Shown: one piece after another, positions 12,151-25,243 of the stretch
How the letters are laid out: each line of letters starts with the position of its first letter
Position numbering within the stretch: the first letter of the stretch is position 1
Assembly (NCBI RefSeq): GCF_964194155.1
Contig: NW_027596303.1
Coordinates: 248,001 to 312,000, forward strand
Origin: Cetorhinus maximus
Taxonomy: Eukaryota
Length of the DNA: 64,000 bases
Direction of reading: 5' to 3'
Made by a program: the position numbers and the translations under genes
The notes under the pieces: generated by a model
Seen by the model: the letters and a program-made list of their open reading frames with translations, nothing else
Database searches by the model: none
Told to the model about the DNA's origin: nothing

Positions 12151-12729
12151 GGTGCAGCAGTTGTACAGATTTCTAAAGTAGGCACAGGAAAGTAACAAAG
12201 ATTGGAAATAGCCATTGGAACATTTAGCTTCAGGAAAGAGAAAACACAGGTTAAAGTTTTGATATAACGTTTCATCTGGAAGATAAGCAAGTGGTTATGA
12301 AAGAAAAAGAAAGGCGGTGAAGCAACTAAACACTGAGGTTAATGGGTTTAATCTCCAGCAAACGGCTTAATAGAAAAGCAGGAAATTGTTAGATGATCTA
12401 AAAGATCATATCAGTGAGGTAATAAAAAGGCATTAATAGAACAAAAGAATGTGCAAATAGCCGATGTTGACACGGTGAGGGGAAAGGCAAAAATAAGCCA
12501 AAGAAAAGGGGCAAATTGGGAGGTTTTTAGGCAAAAATGGAAAATGATGAAAACTTATTGAAATTGCACCTGTCCCAACAATAAAGAAACTCTCTATAAC
12601 AATGGGTGCACATACCTCTCTTCCCCAACACAGAACTGCCTTCAGATGAAGTGTCAGTTCAACTGCCCACACCCACCACTGTAAAGAAAATGGAAAACAT
12701 AGACAAGGTCTGCACTACAACACCCTGCA

Positions 12730-13805
12730 TGCTTACTTTAACTTTACCTAGAGCAAATATCCCAAGGTCCTTCACAGAGGTGCAATTGAGAACAGACATC
12801 GAGCCAAAGGAGGACAGATTAGGATTGATGATCAAAAGGTGCATCTAAAGGTCGAGTTTTAAGGGTCATATTAATGAAGAGGCAAATGAAGACGGAGGGA
12901 TTTTAGGAAAGGAATGCTAGAGTGGGGGGTGTCTAGCAGCTGAAAACATGGCTGGAATTGATGGAGCGGAGTGAGCAGGGAATGTTTAAAAGGCAGAGTT
13001 AGATGTATGGTGTGTTTGGCAGAGGGGAGGGGGCGGTGGGAAGGTGGTTCTTGGAGAAAGACACTGCAGTACGGAAGGGAGAGACCACAAAGAAGTTTGA
13101 ATGTGAGGACGATAATTATTACACAAGCAAAGTACTGCAGATGCTGGAAATCTGAAATAAGGACAGAAAATGCTGGAAATACAGTACTCAGCAGGCCTGT
13201 GGGGAGAAAAACAGAGCCAATGCTTCATGTTAACCTTTCATCAGAACTGTGAAACGTTAGAAATGAATTAGGTTTTAAGCAAGTGAAAGGGGGAAGGATG
13301 GAAAGAAGAATAAAAGGGAAGATCTATGATTGGGTGGAGGGCAGGATATTAAATGACAAAAAGGTCTCATGGTGCAAGGTCAAGGGGAGTGGTAATGTGA
13401 CAAGTAAAGAAACAAAATGTGTGGCTAGAGGAGGTATGAATGGCAGCATTTTGAAATTTGAATTTGAAACATTGGATACGAGGAGCCCATGCAGAGCAAT
13501 GAGGGCAGAAATAATGAGCCTGTGGCACTTGGTGTGAGGTAGGATTTGCACAGCAGACTTTTGGATGAACTGACGTTTGTGGAGGCTGAAAGTGCAGCCA
13601 GAAGAGCATTGGAATAGACGAGGCTGGAGATGACAAGGAATGATCAGCAGCTGATGGATTGAGGTAGGGGTGGAGACATGCCATGTTAGCAAGGTTGTAT
13701 AGATGGTCTTTGTGACGGAAAGGATATGAGGTCAGAAATTCAGGTCGGGGAGAAGGGAATGCTGAGATCGTGAATAACGTATTTTGGTTTAAGACATAGA
13801 GGGGA
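12730..13805 (-). mobile_element. Decayed L2 LINE 3' fragment
   Basis: Q.IQKSAVQIL.HTK..LIISALIALHGL motif; L2-type 3'UTR similar to 8673-8900. Confidence 0.7.
13122..13447 (-). mobile_element. Longer Penelope-derived 3' fragment inserted in the L2
   Basis: GCAGATGCTGGAAATCTGAAATAA...CTTTCATCAGAACTG (minus strand CTGATGA core) plus a purine-rich extension. A more decayed copy lies at about 12175-12560. Confidence 0.65.
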
Positions 13806-15962
13806 ATGGAGCCACTTGCAAGGGCAAAAAGTTAGTAGCAGAAACTAAAAAGATGACTTTGGTCATTCAACCTGTTTTATCTTATAATCCATAACGCTAT
13901 TCCTTTCCATTCAAATTATAATAAAACTGGCCCACACTTAGTTTACAGTTAAAAATGGTTAAATGTGTTAAAACAAGGTGGGATTGCAGTAGAGAGATGA
14001 ATCACTGTTGCTTTTCAATTGAAAGTCCCAGTGCCAGTGCATAACACACATAATCATATTCCTATTAATATTGGCAGCTTTCAATGCAATTAAGTTCCAA
14101 TCTTTTCAATATTAACTTTGCTACGTCTCTACTGCACACTTATGTTTGTTTGATTGTAGAAGTTCACATATGGATATGGTCTTAATTCTAAGGAAATGCA
14201 AACAATGAGGGGGGCTCAAGTTTTTCTGCAATAAAAGAAGGCGAAAAAAAGGAAGTATGGCAACACAGTTCAAAGAATATATTACAGTGTATGACACTGA
14301 ATGTTCTTCTGTTAAAAAACCCAAAACAAGAGTATTTAAATGATGCTTAGCGTACTTAATGTGTGCAGCTTATAACATAATTTTTAACCCTCTGCTTCGT
14401 TGAAGCCTTGTAATATGTTATAACCTGCACATTATGATTGCATGATGCACTGTAACCTGTGTGGTACTCAGGATACTTACCACGCTGCATTTAACTCACT
14501 CTGGATTAGATGCTATTCCTTGTATAACAGTCTCCTGACTGTGCATCATGTTGTGTGTAACATACTGCACAGTCTGTATGCTACCTTGAGTGTAACACAG
14601 TCCTGTATGTGCTTTATCTTCAAATTATGATTAAAATAAAATGATGGTAGATTTTAAACCTTATGAAAACAACAGTGTATGTCGGACTATTACCTATAAG
14701 TATAAATGGAAGAACAGAGAGGCCTTTCATATACATGTCACCAGCACAGCTTCTGTTTGTGCATACAATCTTAGAAACTGGGGCAGACAGGCACATTGAG
14801 CCACACGCTCTTGGTATTGATTGAGTAAAAGCAAAATTAGTTATTTTTGTATTTAAATGGCAGAATCGTGGTGCATGGTCAAGTGTCCACACAGTGACTA
14901 TACTTCAAAAGTACTTAATTGGCTGTAAAGCACACTGGGATATCTTGAGGTTGTGAAATGTGCTGTAAAAATGCAAATCTTTCTTTCCACACTGACTGTC
15001 TATCTGTCGCTCAGACTTGCCCATCATAGATGCACCACTTTCACCTCTGTAGCTGCACTGTCATCCTAGGATACCTGCGATTTTGGCTCTCCGGGAGCGG
15101 GGTGGGGCGGGTGGTGGGGGTGGGGGGCGCGTGCGGTGGGGGGGGGAACTATGCAGAAATACATTTAACATGCTTTTTTTCTGATGCTGTTCAATGCAAT
15201 CCCTACGGTGTGTGATATTTTCATCCAGGATTCAAATTCTTACAGGAGAACTGGAGCCACCCTGCAGCTGCCCAACAGTGCCATCCAGCAGTGAGAGCAG
15301 AGAGGTGCTGGTCTCACTTCATCTAGCTGTGTTTGTGTTTGTAGGAAAGGTGACTGAAAGAGTTCAGGTTACTGTGCTGTGAGATGCTTGACCACAAATA
15401 CAGCCCATAAATTAATTTTGCTTGTTACAGATTCAAGTTATTCTCTGCTTTTGGGAAATCTGATTCTATTCTGAGATTTTCCAACAGTGGAAGAACTAGT
15501 GCTGAGCCCAATTCCATATAAAATCTGGTAATTAAAATCTGGTTATCTGAATCAGTTCCACACAAAGGCATCGATCTTAGACTCGCCAATTATCCTGAAG
15601 CCTCCAAGATTTAAAAAGCAATTCTGCAAGCAACCGAGGAGAAAGAGAAACTAAAGGGCATTCAAAAAAGGTGGTGCTGCTTTCATTTTCTTAGAACGTT
15701 TTTGGTCTATTGGTTACAAAAGAAATTGAGATGGGAAGAAAGTTTATTTGGTTGGCAGTTAGGAATCATCCAAACGAAGAGAGACGGTTTGTTTTTCAAT
15801 ATGTCTCAAAGACAGACATGTCAGGTGGGAGTGTCAGGCTGGGGGAGGTGGGGGTTGAAGGTCATCTGATGAAACCTCCCAGAATATGTCCGATCAGGGT
15901 TGGTAACCTGAGGCACGATTACCAATTTATCTCACCCTGTTAACCAGATGCAAAGCACATTT

Positions 15963-16190
15963 GTGTATGTAGATGTAGTGCAGGACTTAGTCAGGTCAGC
16001 AAGACATATCTCACTCTCTTGCTCTCTCACAAGCTTTCTCTCACACTGCTCTGTCATTCCTGTGCTGTCTTCTGAAGTGTATGTAGATGTAGTGCAGGAC
16101 TTAGTCAGGTCAGCAAGACATATCTCACTCTCTTGCTCTCTCACAAGCTTTCTCTCACACTGCTCTGTCATTCCTGTGCTGTCTTCTGAA
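15963..16190. repeat. Perfect tandem duplication, 2 x 114 bp
   Basis: 15963-16076 is identical to 16077-16190. Confidence 0.95.
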
Positions 16191-16253
16191 ATCCCTGTTA
16201 AAATTCTTTAAAAGCACAAGGAGAGTTTCACAGACAATGCATTGGGCAATGTG

Positions 16254-16359
16254 AAACAAAAACAAAAATTGCTGGAAAAACTCAGCAGGTCTGGCAGCAT
16301 CTGTGGAGAGGAAGACAGAGTTAACGTTTCGAGTCCATATGATCCTTCATCAGAACTGG
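16254..16359 (-). mobile_element. 106-bp Penelope-derived hammerhead unit with 15-bp TSD
   Basis: TSD GCATTGGGCAATGTG at 16239-16253 and 16360-16374. Minus strand reads CAGTT-CTGATGA-AGGATCATATGGACTC-GAAA-CGTT-AACT. Confidence 0.8.
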
Positions 16360-17005
16360 GCATTGGGCAATGTGGTGGCCTAGACTGTAGCAGCCGATAA
16401 GTGCATCTTCAAGCCCAGTAACGGGTTATTTTGCTATGAAGGAGAAGACAACAGTGCAGGAGAAGGGGAGAGCACACAAGAGAAAAGAAAGCATGAAAGG
16501 AACGTGAGAGAAAGAGATAATGAAATTCACATCATTAACAGAAATATTTAGAGATATGAACTCATAGTATCAACCAGTTTACTAAATCTCCAGGACTTAG
16601 CGTGTTTCAACTACAACTTAGATTTAAATAGTATCTCTAGTGTAGATAAACATCCAAAGGCGCTAAACAGAGGCATTGAGAGAAACAAATGCCAAGCCAG
16701 AAAATGGGAGATCAGGATTGGTGATCAACACTGTAGGCAAAGAGCTCGGGGTTAAGGGAGATCTTAAAAATATAGGGGGAGGTGCAGCAGTTTGGGGAAG
16801 GAATTTCAGAACCTGAGTGATTGAAAGCACAGCCATTGCTTGGGACTCTTATAATGACTCCACGAGGCCATGCAAGTATCCTGTGGTTCCTCCGTGCATT
16901 GCTCCTGGCTGAGAGCCAAGCAATGGAGGGGGGATCATCAAGGACAGGAAAGCAGTCAGCGCTCACTGGAGAGAACATTTTGAAGAACTCCTCAACGAAG
17001 ACCCT

Positions 17006-17680
17006 GGGTAGAATTTTACGTCCCGCCTGCAGGTGTGCACCCGACCTGTTCGTGAGTAAAATAGTGCACGATGATGTCGGGTGAGCGTCCCAAGGCCATC
17101 ATGCACACGTGCAATATTTCAGTAGGCGGGCGCGCGCGAGAGTTGGCAGCGTTCCCCCCCGGCAATTAAGAGGCCTATTAAGGCCATTAAATTAGAAATT
17201 AATTTGTATTTTTTGCTGCCCATCCTGGTTGGCGGGCAGGCGAATATGCCAGGCGGCCTTCGTATTTTTTAGGAAACCTCATTCAAGGGCTGGATAAGGT
17301 TGCCAAAAGTGATTTTAAAAAAAATAAACATTTCTATCATTTTTAATATGCCCCTGTTCATGTAACTGAGTCACGTGGGGACATGTTTCCCTTAATTTAA
17401 AATCTTTATTTTACATTGTAAAATTATTCAGCTCCCTGAGGCAGCTCTGTGCCGTCAGGGAGCTTTCACTGTGCGCTCCCCTGCACATGCATGGACTCCA
17501 GTGCTCGCGCTCCTCCCGCTCCTACCCCAGCAGCGCCGAGGTTCTCAGTGCGTCTTTCACACTGGCTGGCTGTTAATTAGCCAGCCAATGTGAAATCTTG
17601 GTCAGGGCCCAATTGCGGACAGTGGTCCATTTCACGGCTGCTCCCAGATCCGCCCGTCCGACAAAGGGAAAATCCTGCCC
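17006..17680. mobile_element. Harbinger-family MITE (copy A)
   Basis: TIR GGGTAGAATTTT/AAAATCCTGCCC, 3-bp TSD CCT/TCT. First ~300 bp homologous to the reverse complement of 56040-56344. Confidence 0.85.
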
Positions 17681-18896
17681 TCTGCCTTCGACTTGAACAT
17701 CCTCAACACCATTCCTCAAAACCCCATCCGGCTGAGTCTCAGCACTACCCCAATCCATAGCAAAGTTGAAAAAGCTATTTGACAACTGAAAAATAACAAG
17801 GCTTTTGGGACAGATGAAACCCCTGTTAAAATTCTGAAAAAAGGTGCAGGTACACTCCTGGCATGGCTGCACTTTCTCATATCCCTCATCTGGTAAGGGG
17901 ATATGGAGGACGTTGTGATTGTGACTATATTCAAGAAGGGAGATAAGTCTGATTGCAGTAAATGCAGAGGAGTCTCTCTGCTATCTGCCATAGGGAAGAT
18001 CATTGCAGGAATCCTCCTCAATTGTCTCCTTCCAGTGGCCAAGAAACCCTTCCAGTGTCGCAGTGCAGTTTTTGCGCATCAAGGGTGTAGTAATTATGGT
18101 TTTATTTAGGTGTAATGTACCTTTAAGAATAATGCTTGTTAAGGAAAATCACATGATCTATAGTAACCAATAGGAGAGTAACGTGGGCTACCTCAGTAGT
18201 TAGTGGTGTAGAGAGTTGGAGTTGAAAGCACACATGTAGTAGCTGCTGAGTACCTTGTAAATAAACTTAAAGTTTCCACCCAAGAGGTGTGTGTGGATCA
18301 ATTCTATTAATAATACCAACTTGGCCACCACTCACAAAAAACTGGCGACAAGGATAAAACAAGACTAAAGAGAAGAAATAAAGTTGAAAAGAAATTGGCA
18401 CCATATCTCGTCCAGTGATTGTAAGTAGAAAGCTCTGTTAAAATTGAAGAAGATATTCCCTCTCAAGATGCTGCAATTCAGACGATATGATCCTTTTCAT
18501 CCTGCCACAGATGATTGGTCTCATTACATAGAACACCTCACGTTCTTTTTTCAAGCAAACAAGATTATGGGGACAGAGAAAAGGCGAGTGATCCTCTGAA
18601 GTACATGTGGGAATAAAACCTATTGATTCAAAGTTTGACGGCACTCAGTGCCCCAGGTTCAAAAAGTTTTGATGAATTGGTGGACCTCATGAAGAGTCAT
18701 TATCAACCAAAGCCCTCAGTAATGATGCAGAAGTTCAAGCTTAATTCACGAAATAGAGCCCTGGGTGAGACAGTTACAGGTCACATGGCAAATTTGAAGC
18801 AGCTAACAGAACATTGTGAGTTTGGTACGTCTCTAAATGACATGTTAAAAGATTGTTTAGTGGGTGGTGTGAATGAGGACATATTCAGAAAAGATT

Positions 18897-19025
18897 CAGC
18901 AGATCTAACAGGACTCAAAACATTGACTCTGTTTTTTTTCTCCACAGATACTGTTAGACCTGCTGAGTTTTTCCAGAATTTTCTGTTTTTGTTTCAGATT
19001 TCCAGCATCTGCAATATTTTGCCTT
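18897..19025 (+). mobile_element. Penelope-derived short unit inserted in Gypsy-1 gag
   Basis: Body matches 11680-11800. Flanked by TATTCAGAAA(A)GATT duplication (18882-18896, 19026-19039). Absent from the paralogous gag at 63975-63995. Confidence 0.8.
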
Positions 19026-19599
19026 TATTCAGAAAGATTATTTCCAAAGTGAATTTGGACTTTAAGAAGGTGCTAGAGATAGTACTGGCCATGGAAAGCA
19101 CAGTGAAAAGCTCAAAAGCAATACAGGGAGTGCAAAACGGTGCCATCCTGCATATCAGGTGGGAAACCCCAGCCGAAAAGGGCACGAAAATGCCGAGAAG
19201 CAGAAAACAGCCCCCACTAGCTGAAGAATAAGGAAAAATAACCTAGCAGTGAAATCAAAGAATAATTTCAATAAAGGTGGAAACAAGCAGTCTTTAAACG
19301 ATTGGCAGTTTAAAAAAATCGAACGCTATTATTGTCACAGAAATGAACATATAATGAGGCAGTGCAAGGAAAGATTCAAGCAGGCTTGTAAACAAAAAAA
19401 GAAACCCAGTAAAATCTACAATGCAGAAGATCCTGAAACAACAAATTGAGACATTTACTCGTTGTTTAATCTGAAAGTTGTAAAGACAGAACCAATATTT
19501 GTCACAGTGAAAGTAAATGGCAAACCTGTTAAAATGGATGTGGACACGGGAGCTTCCACTACAGTAATTTGGGAACATACCTTCAGATATATGAATAAT

Positions 19600-19730
19600 C
19601 TCTTTTAGAGTTAAAACAATTAACTAAATTAACAAAATAAGGGGTAAATCAAGCACAGCCCCTAAGTCAGGTCAGCTGTAAAATCAAGGAAAAACTTTAA
19701 AGGAACCTTACAAACATTAAACCAAAATGA
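19600..19730. mobile_element. Unclassified 131-bp insertion in the Gypsy-1 protease region
   Basis: Perfect 13-bp direct repeat ATATATGAATAAT at 19587-19599 and 19731-19743. Confidence 0.7.
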
Positions 19731-20725
19731 ATATATGAATAATAGTGAACATCAATTAAGGTTAGAAGAAACAACTGCCAAACTAAAAACATAAATGGGT
19801 GAAGACATTCAAGTCAAAGACTTAAGCAGAGTAACTGTCTATTATTGAAGCTAATGGGCAAAGCTGCCCTTGATGGTGGTAACAGGCGAGGGGCCAAGCC
19901 TTCTCGGCCAAAGCTGGTTAAAAGAGATTGGGTTAGTATGTACTGAAATTTTCCAGTTGAGAGCAAGTGGGTTACCAGAGCTACTTCAAAAGTACGTCAC
20001 TGTCTTTAAGAACGAACTTGGGAAAATCCAGGGGCTGCAGGCAAAAATTCATGTGGATCCGGAATCAACACCTCAATTCATGAAAGCAATACCAGTACCA
20101 TACGCACTGCGAGAAAAAGTTGATACCGATCTGGACAGACTAGAGAAACTGGGCGTTATACAGCCTATGCAGTTCTCAGCATGGGGAGCACCCATAGTCC
20201 CCGTCCTTAAACCCGACCAAAGCATCCAAATTTGTGGAGACTACAAATTGATGGTTAATAAAGTAGCTAAGCGAGACAGGCACCCCATTCCAAAAAACGC
20301 AGACTGTATGCCAAGCTGGCAGGTGGAACCATCTACACGAAGCTCGATAAGAGTCATGCTTATCAACAACTAGAGTTAGATAATGCCTTCTGGGAACTTG
20401 TCACAATTAATACCCACGAAGAGTTGTACCAATATACTCGATCATCTTTTGGTGTCTCCTCAGCTTGTGCCATCTTTCAGAGAACAATGGAAAGCTTACT
20501 GTAGGGACTGCTCCAGGTTGTAGTCCATTTAGACGATGTATTGGTGACAGGATTCACTAAAAAAGAGCATTTGGCAAATTAGAAGAAGTCTTAGAATGTT
20601 TCTTGCAAGCTGGAGTATGTTTAAAGAAAGAAAAGTGCATGTTCCAAGCAAGGGGGGTAATCTATTTGGGTCACTGGGTAGATTCACAGGTCCTCCACTC
20701 ATTTGAGGGGAAAGTGAGAGCCATA

Positions 20726-21226
20726 GGGGAGAATTTTTAGCTCGGCAGGCGGGTGCGCGCCCAACCCGACCGAGCGTAAAATGACGCGCAATAATGTCGG
20801 GCAAGTGTCCCGGCGTCATCGCGCTCTCATGTGATATTTCGGTCAGCGGGCATGCACCAGAGTCGGCAGTGCACTCACCGACAATTAAAAGGCCTATTTA
20901 GGCCATTAAAAAGTTAATTGAAGGAAATTTTTTGCCGCCCATCCAACCTGACGGCCTTTGCATTTTTTAGGAAACCTCATCCACGGGCACGATGAGGCTT
21001 CCAACAGCAAATAAAAATAAAATTAAATTTTTTAAATTTAATTAATAACATGTCCCTGCAACCCCCCCCCACCCCAAACGCAGACAGCACTGAGCGCTGC
21101 CACTCACATTTCACACTAGGCGGGCCTTAACTGGCCCGCCAGCATGAAATCGCGATCTGGCCCCAATCACACAACCGCCCCCGCCCACCCCCGCTGAGCC
21201 TGCCCGAGCAGGGAAAAGTCCTCCCC
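20726..21226. mobile_element. Harbinger-family MITE (copy B)
   Basis: TIR GGGGAGAATTTT/AAAAGTCCTCCCC, TSD ATA/ATA. Splits the Gypsy pol between RT and RNase H. Confidence 0.85.
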
Positions 21227-24039
21227 ATAAGAGAGGCAGGTGTGCAAAAGAACACCTCAAAGCTCAAATTGTTTCTAGGAATCGTCAACTATCATGGGAG
21301 GTTCTTACCCAATTTGTCTACAGTGCTGGCCCCCCTGCATTCTCTACTCAAAAAGAATCAACTTTGTTCTTGGGAGGTGCCCCAGGAAGAAGCTTTCATA
21401 AAGGTGAAACAATCGTTACACTCATCCAACCTATTAGTGCATTATGACCAAACGAAAGAATTGGTGCTGACATGTGATGCATCTCCCTACGGAGTGGAAG
21501 CAGTGCTATCTCATCGGATGGACGACGGCACAGAACGGCCAATTGGTTACGTATCAAGAACGCTTACCACAGCAGAAAAGGGATACTCGCAGATAGAAAA
21601 AGAAGGCCTGTCCATCATCTTTGGTGTCAAGAAATTTCACCAGTACGTACACGGCCGTCATTTTACAAATCGTTTCAGACCATAAACCATTGCTAGGGTT
21701 GTTTACTGAGGACAAGGTTATACCACCCATAGCCTCAGCAAGAATACGATGATGGGCCTTAATTCTGGCAGCATACAAATACACTTTCGTAAATAGGCCT
21801 GGCAATCAAATCGCAAACGTCGATGCCCTTAGTCGTTTGCCTTTACAAGAAAATGATGAGGACGTCCCAGCTCCACAGGAACTTGTTTTACTGTTAAATT
21901 TCTTAGATTCCTCACTGGTATGTGCTTGACAGATCAGAGACTGGACAAGTCGGGACCCAGTCCTATCTCAAGTATGAGGACGAGTGCTTCATGGTTGGTC
22001 ACAGGAGCCCGTATCTGACGAAATGAAACCGTATTTCAACAGAAGACATGAAATAACCAGCCAGGATGGCATCTTGTTGTGGGGGACATGAGTGATGGTT
22101 CCTCCAAGGGGAAGAGAGCCACTTATAATTGAACTACACAGTGCCCATCCAGGAAATTCCTGAATGAAGATCATAGCAAGCAGCTATCTATGGTGGAGGA
22201 TGGATGGCGAAATAGAGAGTTTAGTAAAGCACTGTGCGCAATGTCAGCAACTACAAAAGTTGCCATCGTCAGCTCCGTTACACCCATGGGAGTGGCCAGG
22301 TAGGCCCTGGGTGCGGTCACACAATCACTATGTGGGACCTTTCCTGGGAACAATGTTTCTGCTCATTGTCAATGCCCATTCAAAATGGATGGACATATAT
22401 AAGGTGAGGTCACCAACGTCGACTGCTACAATTGAGAAATTACGTCAATATTTTGCCATTCACAGACTACCAGAAGCAGTCATTTCTGATAACGGCATGG
22501 CATTTACGAGTGCTGAGTTTCAATGGCTTATCAGCCTCAACGGAATCACTCATGTAAAAACTTCACTGTACCACCCTTCTTCAAACAGACTGGCTGAAAG
22601 TGCAGTTCAAATGTTCAAGTCAGGCATGAAATAGTTAGCTGGAGATTCCTCAGCAATCAAGCTAGCCTGCTTTCTTTTTCATTATAAGACCACCCCTCAC
22701 ACAACAGCAGGTCACACCTGTTGAGTTGTTGTTGAAACGCTGTCTCAGGACGAGATTGAGTTTAATAATGCCAAATTTAGAGGGGAAGGTGGAAAGGAGT
22801 CAGGGAAGCCAGAAAACTAGACACAACTGGCATAGCCATGAGAGGAAGTATACGGTGGGAGAGCTGGTATACGTGAAAAACTTTGGAGAAGGACCAAAGT
22901 AGTTACTGGGCAAAGTAAGTGCAGTGACTGGACCTCTGTTTTTCCATGTGGAGGTGGAAGGCCAGGTCATCCGTAAACATGTGGCCTATTTAAGGAAGAG
23001 AGAGACAAATCACCCAGAATTGATTCCACCAGTGATCACGACCAGGTCAATGTTTCCTGTTGAGGATACTCAACCCAGTACAGACATGTCTGCTGTTCCT
23101 GTAAGAATTGAGGATACAGAAGTGCAGGCGCCCAATGAAGCACCTGATGTTCAGACTGGAAAAGGAGGTTCCTGACAAAGAATCTGAAATTCTGGAGCTT
23201 CGACGTTCTACACGCATCAGGAAACCACCTGAAAGACTGAACTTGTAAATTCCCTACCCAGTGTAAATATTATTTTGTCTTGAAAAATTCATACTTGTAA
23301 AAATAATATGTATATCTAAGTTAAAGGGGGAGGAATGCAGTAATTATAGTTTTATTTAGGTGTAATGTACCTTTAAGAATAATGCTTGTTAAGGAAGGTC
23401 ACAGGATCTATATTCACCAATAGGAGAGTAGCGCAGGCTATCTCAGTAGTTAGTGGTATAGAGATGGAGTTGGAGCTGAAAGTGCACATGTAGTAACTGC
23501 TGAGTACCTTGTAAATAAACTTAATGTTTCCACCCAAGAAATGTCTGTGGATCAACTCTATCAATAGTACCAACTCGGCCACCACTCACACCAGAGGGGC
23601 ACCACAGACATGACCTTCACTGCACAGCAATTCAAGAAAAGTGCAAGGAACAGCACCAACTGCTGAACGTGCCTTTAAGGCCTCATGAAAGTTTTTGACT
23701 CTGTCAACTGTGAAAGTTTATCGGGTATCCTCCTCAAATGTGGCTGCCCTTAGAAATTTGTCACCATCCTCCGCCTACTCCACGATGACATGTAAGCCAT
23801 TATCCTCACCAACAGAACCACCACAGATCCTATCTCAGTGAAAACTGGGGTGAAATGGATCTCCTCCATTTTTCCCTTGGCAATACAGCATCACACCTCC
23901 AGCAATTTACCCACAGGCTTAGAGACAATCTACAGAACAGATGAGAAACTGTTCAACCTAGGCTGCCTTCAATCCAAAACCAAAATCACTCCAACCTCAC
24001 TCATAGAGCTAATGATGCTTGTGTGTGCACTCACTCAGA

Positions 24040-24643
24040 AACAAAAGGGTGTAGAGTACAAGAGCAAGAAGGTTAGGTTGAACTTGTATCAGACACTAGT
24101 TCGGCCTCAGTTGGAGTATTGCATCCAGTTCTGGGAGCTGCACTTTAGGAAGGATGTGAAGACATTAGAGAGTGCAGAAAAGATTCACAAGAATAGTTCC
24201 AGTGGTGAAGAAGATAGATTGGAGAAGTTAGGGCTGTTTTCCTTGGAGAAAAGAAGGCTGAGAGGAGATTTGATAGAGGTATTCAAAATCATGAGGGGCC
24301 TGGACAGAGTAGATAAGGAGAAATTGTTCCCACTTTTGAAAGGATCAAGAATGAGAGGGCACAGATTTAAAGTAATTGGCAAATGAAGCAAAAGTGATAT
24401 GAGGAAAACATTTTTCACGCAGCGAGTGATTAGGATGTGCTGCCTGAGATTGTGGTGGAGGCAGGTTCAATCGAGGCATTCAAAGGGGAATTAGACTGTT
24501 AGCTGAAAAGGAAGAATGTGCAGGGTTACGGGAGAAGGTGGAGGAATGGCACCAGGCGAGTAGCTCATTCGGAGAGCCAGTGTAGACACGATGGGCTGAA
24601 TAGCCTCCCCTGTGCCGTAACAATTTTGTAATTCTGTGATTCT
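24040..24643 (+). mobile_element. CR1 LINE 3' fragment
   Basis: LYQTLVRPQLEYCIQFW and LFSLEKRRLRGDLIEVFKIM motifs; ATTCTGTG-type tail. Confidence 0.9.
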
Positions 24644-24881
24644 GAGCTCCAGGTCATTGTTGACTCCTTTTCTGAAGCACTTTCACTAAACACCCGGGAA
24701 AGTGACGGTTCTCTCCCAACCAGTACCCACAGCAAAACACCTCCCCACCCCCCGTCAACAGCAAGATCCTAAAAATGTGGACCATTTTCCATATTTTCAA
24801 AGCTTCCTCTCAAAAAAGGCACACATAGACAACAAGATTCACCATCACTTCCAATGTACCAGCTCACTGAAGGAAAGAGTA

Positions 24882-25243
24882 TTTTTAAAAATTCTCTCAT
24901 GGGATGTGGACATCACTGACAAGACCAGCATTTATTGCCCAATCCATGAACTGAGTGGCTTGCTGGGCCATTTCAGAGGGCAGTTAAGAGGCAGCCACAT
25001 TGCTGTGGGTCTAGAGTCACATGTAGGCCAGACTGGGTAAAGATGGCAGATTTCCCTCCCTACAGAGCAGTGGTGAACCAGATGGGTTTTACAACAATAG
25101 CTTTACACTAGTTTATATTCAGGTTTATTAATTGAATTTTAAACTCCACCAGCTGCCATAGTGGGATTTGAACCCATGTCCCCAGATCATTAATCTGGGT
25201 CTCTGGATTATAAACCCAGTGACATTACCACCACCACCACCTC
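24882..25243 (-). mobile_element. tRNA-derived SINE with LINE-B tail
   Basis: Reverse complement of the 7986/62840 family; B-box GGATTTGAACC on + strand at 25163. Confidence 0.8.

Larger units (their letters stand above)
18468..23248 (+). pseudogene. Gypsy-1 gag-pol with many stops and frameshifts
   Basis: Gag (EHCEFG..LNDML), Zn knuckle CYYCHRNEH, protease VDTGAS, RT (PIVPVLK...CGDYK, HLDD), RNase H (CDASPYG, YSQIEKE) and integrase (PW.RSH, ISDNG, YHPSSN.LAE), in PR-RT-RH-IN order. Confidence 0.92.
18086..23593 (+). mobile_element. Full-length decayed Ty3/Gypsy LTR retrotransposon (Mag-like; 'Gypsy-1')
   Basis: LTRs at 18086-18339 and 23336-23593 (about 10% mismatched by eye). PBS TGGCGACAAGGAT (tRNA-Ser type) at 18343, PPT AAAGGGGGAGGAA at 23323-23335, 5-bp TSD AAGGG/GAGGG. 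Confidence 0.95.
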
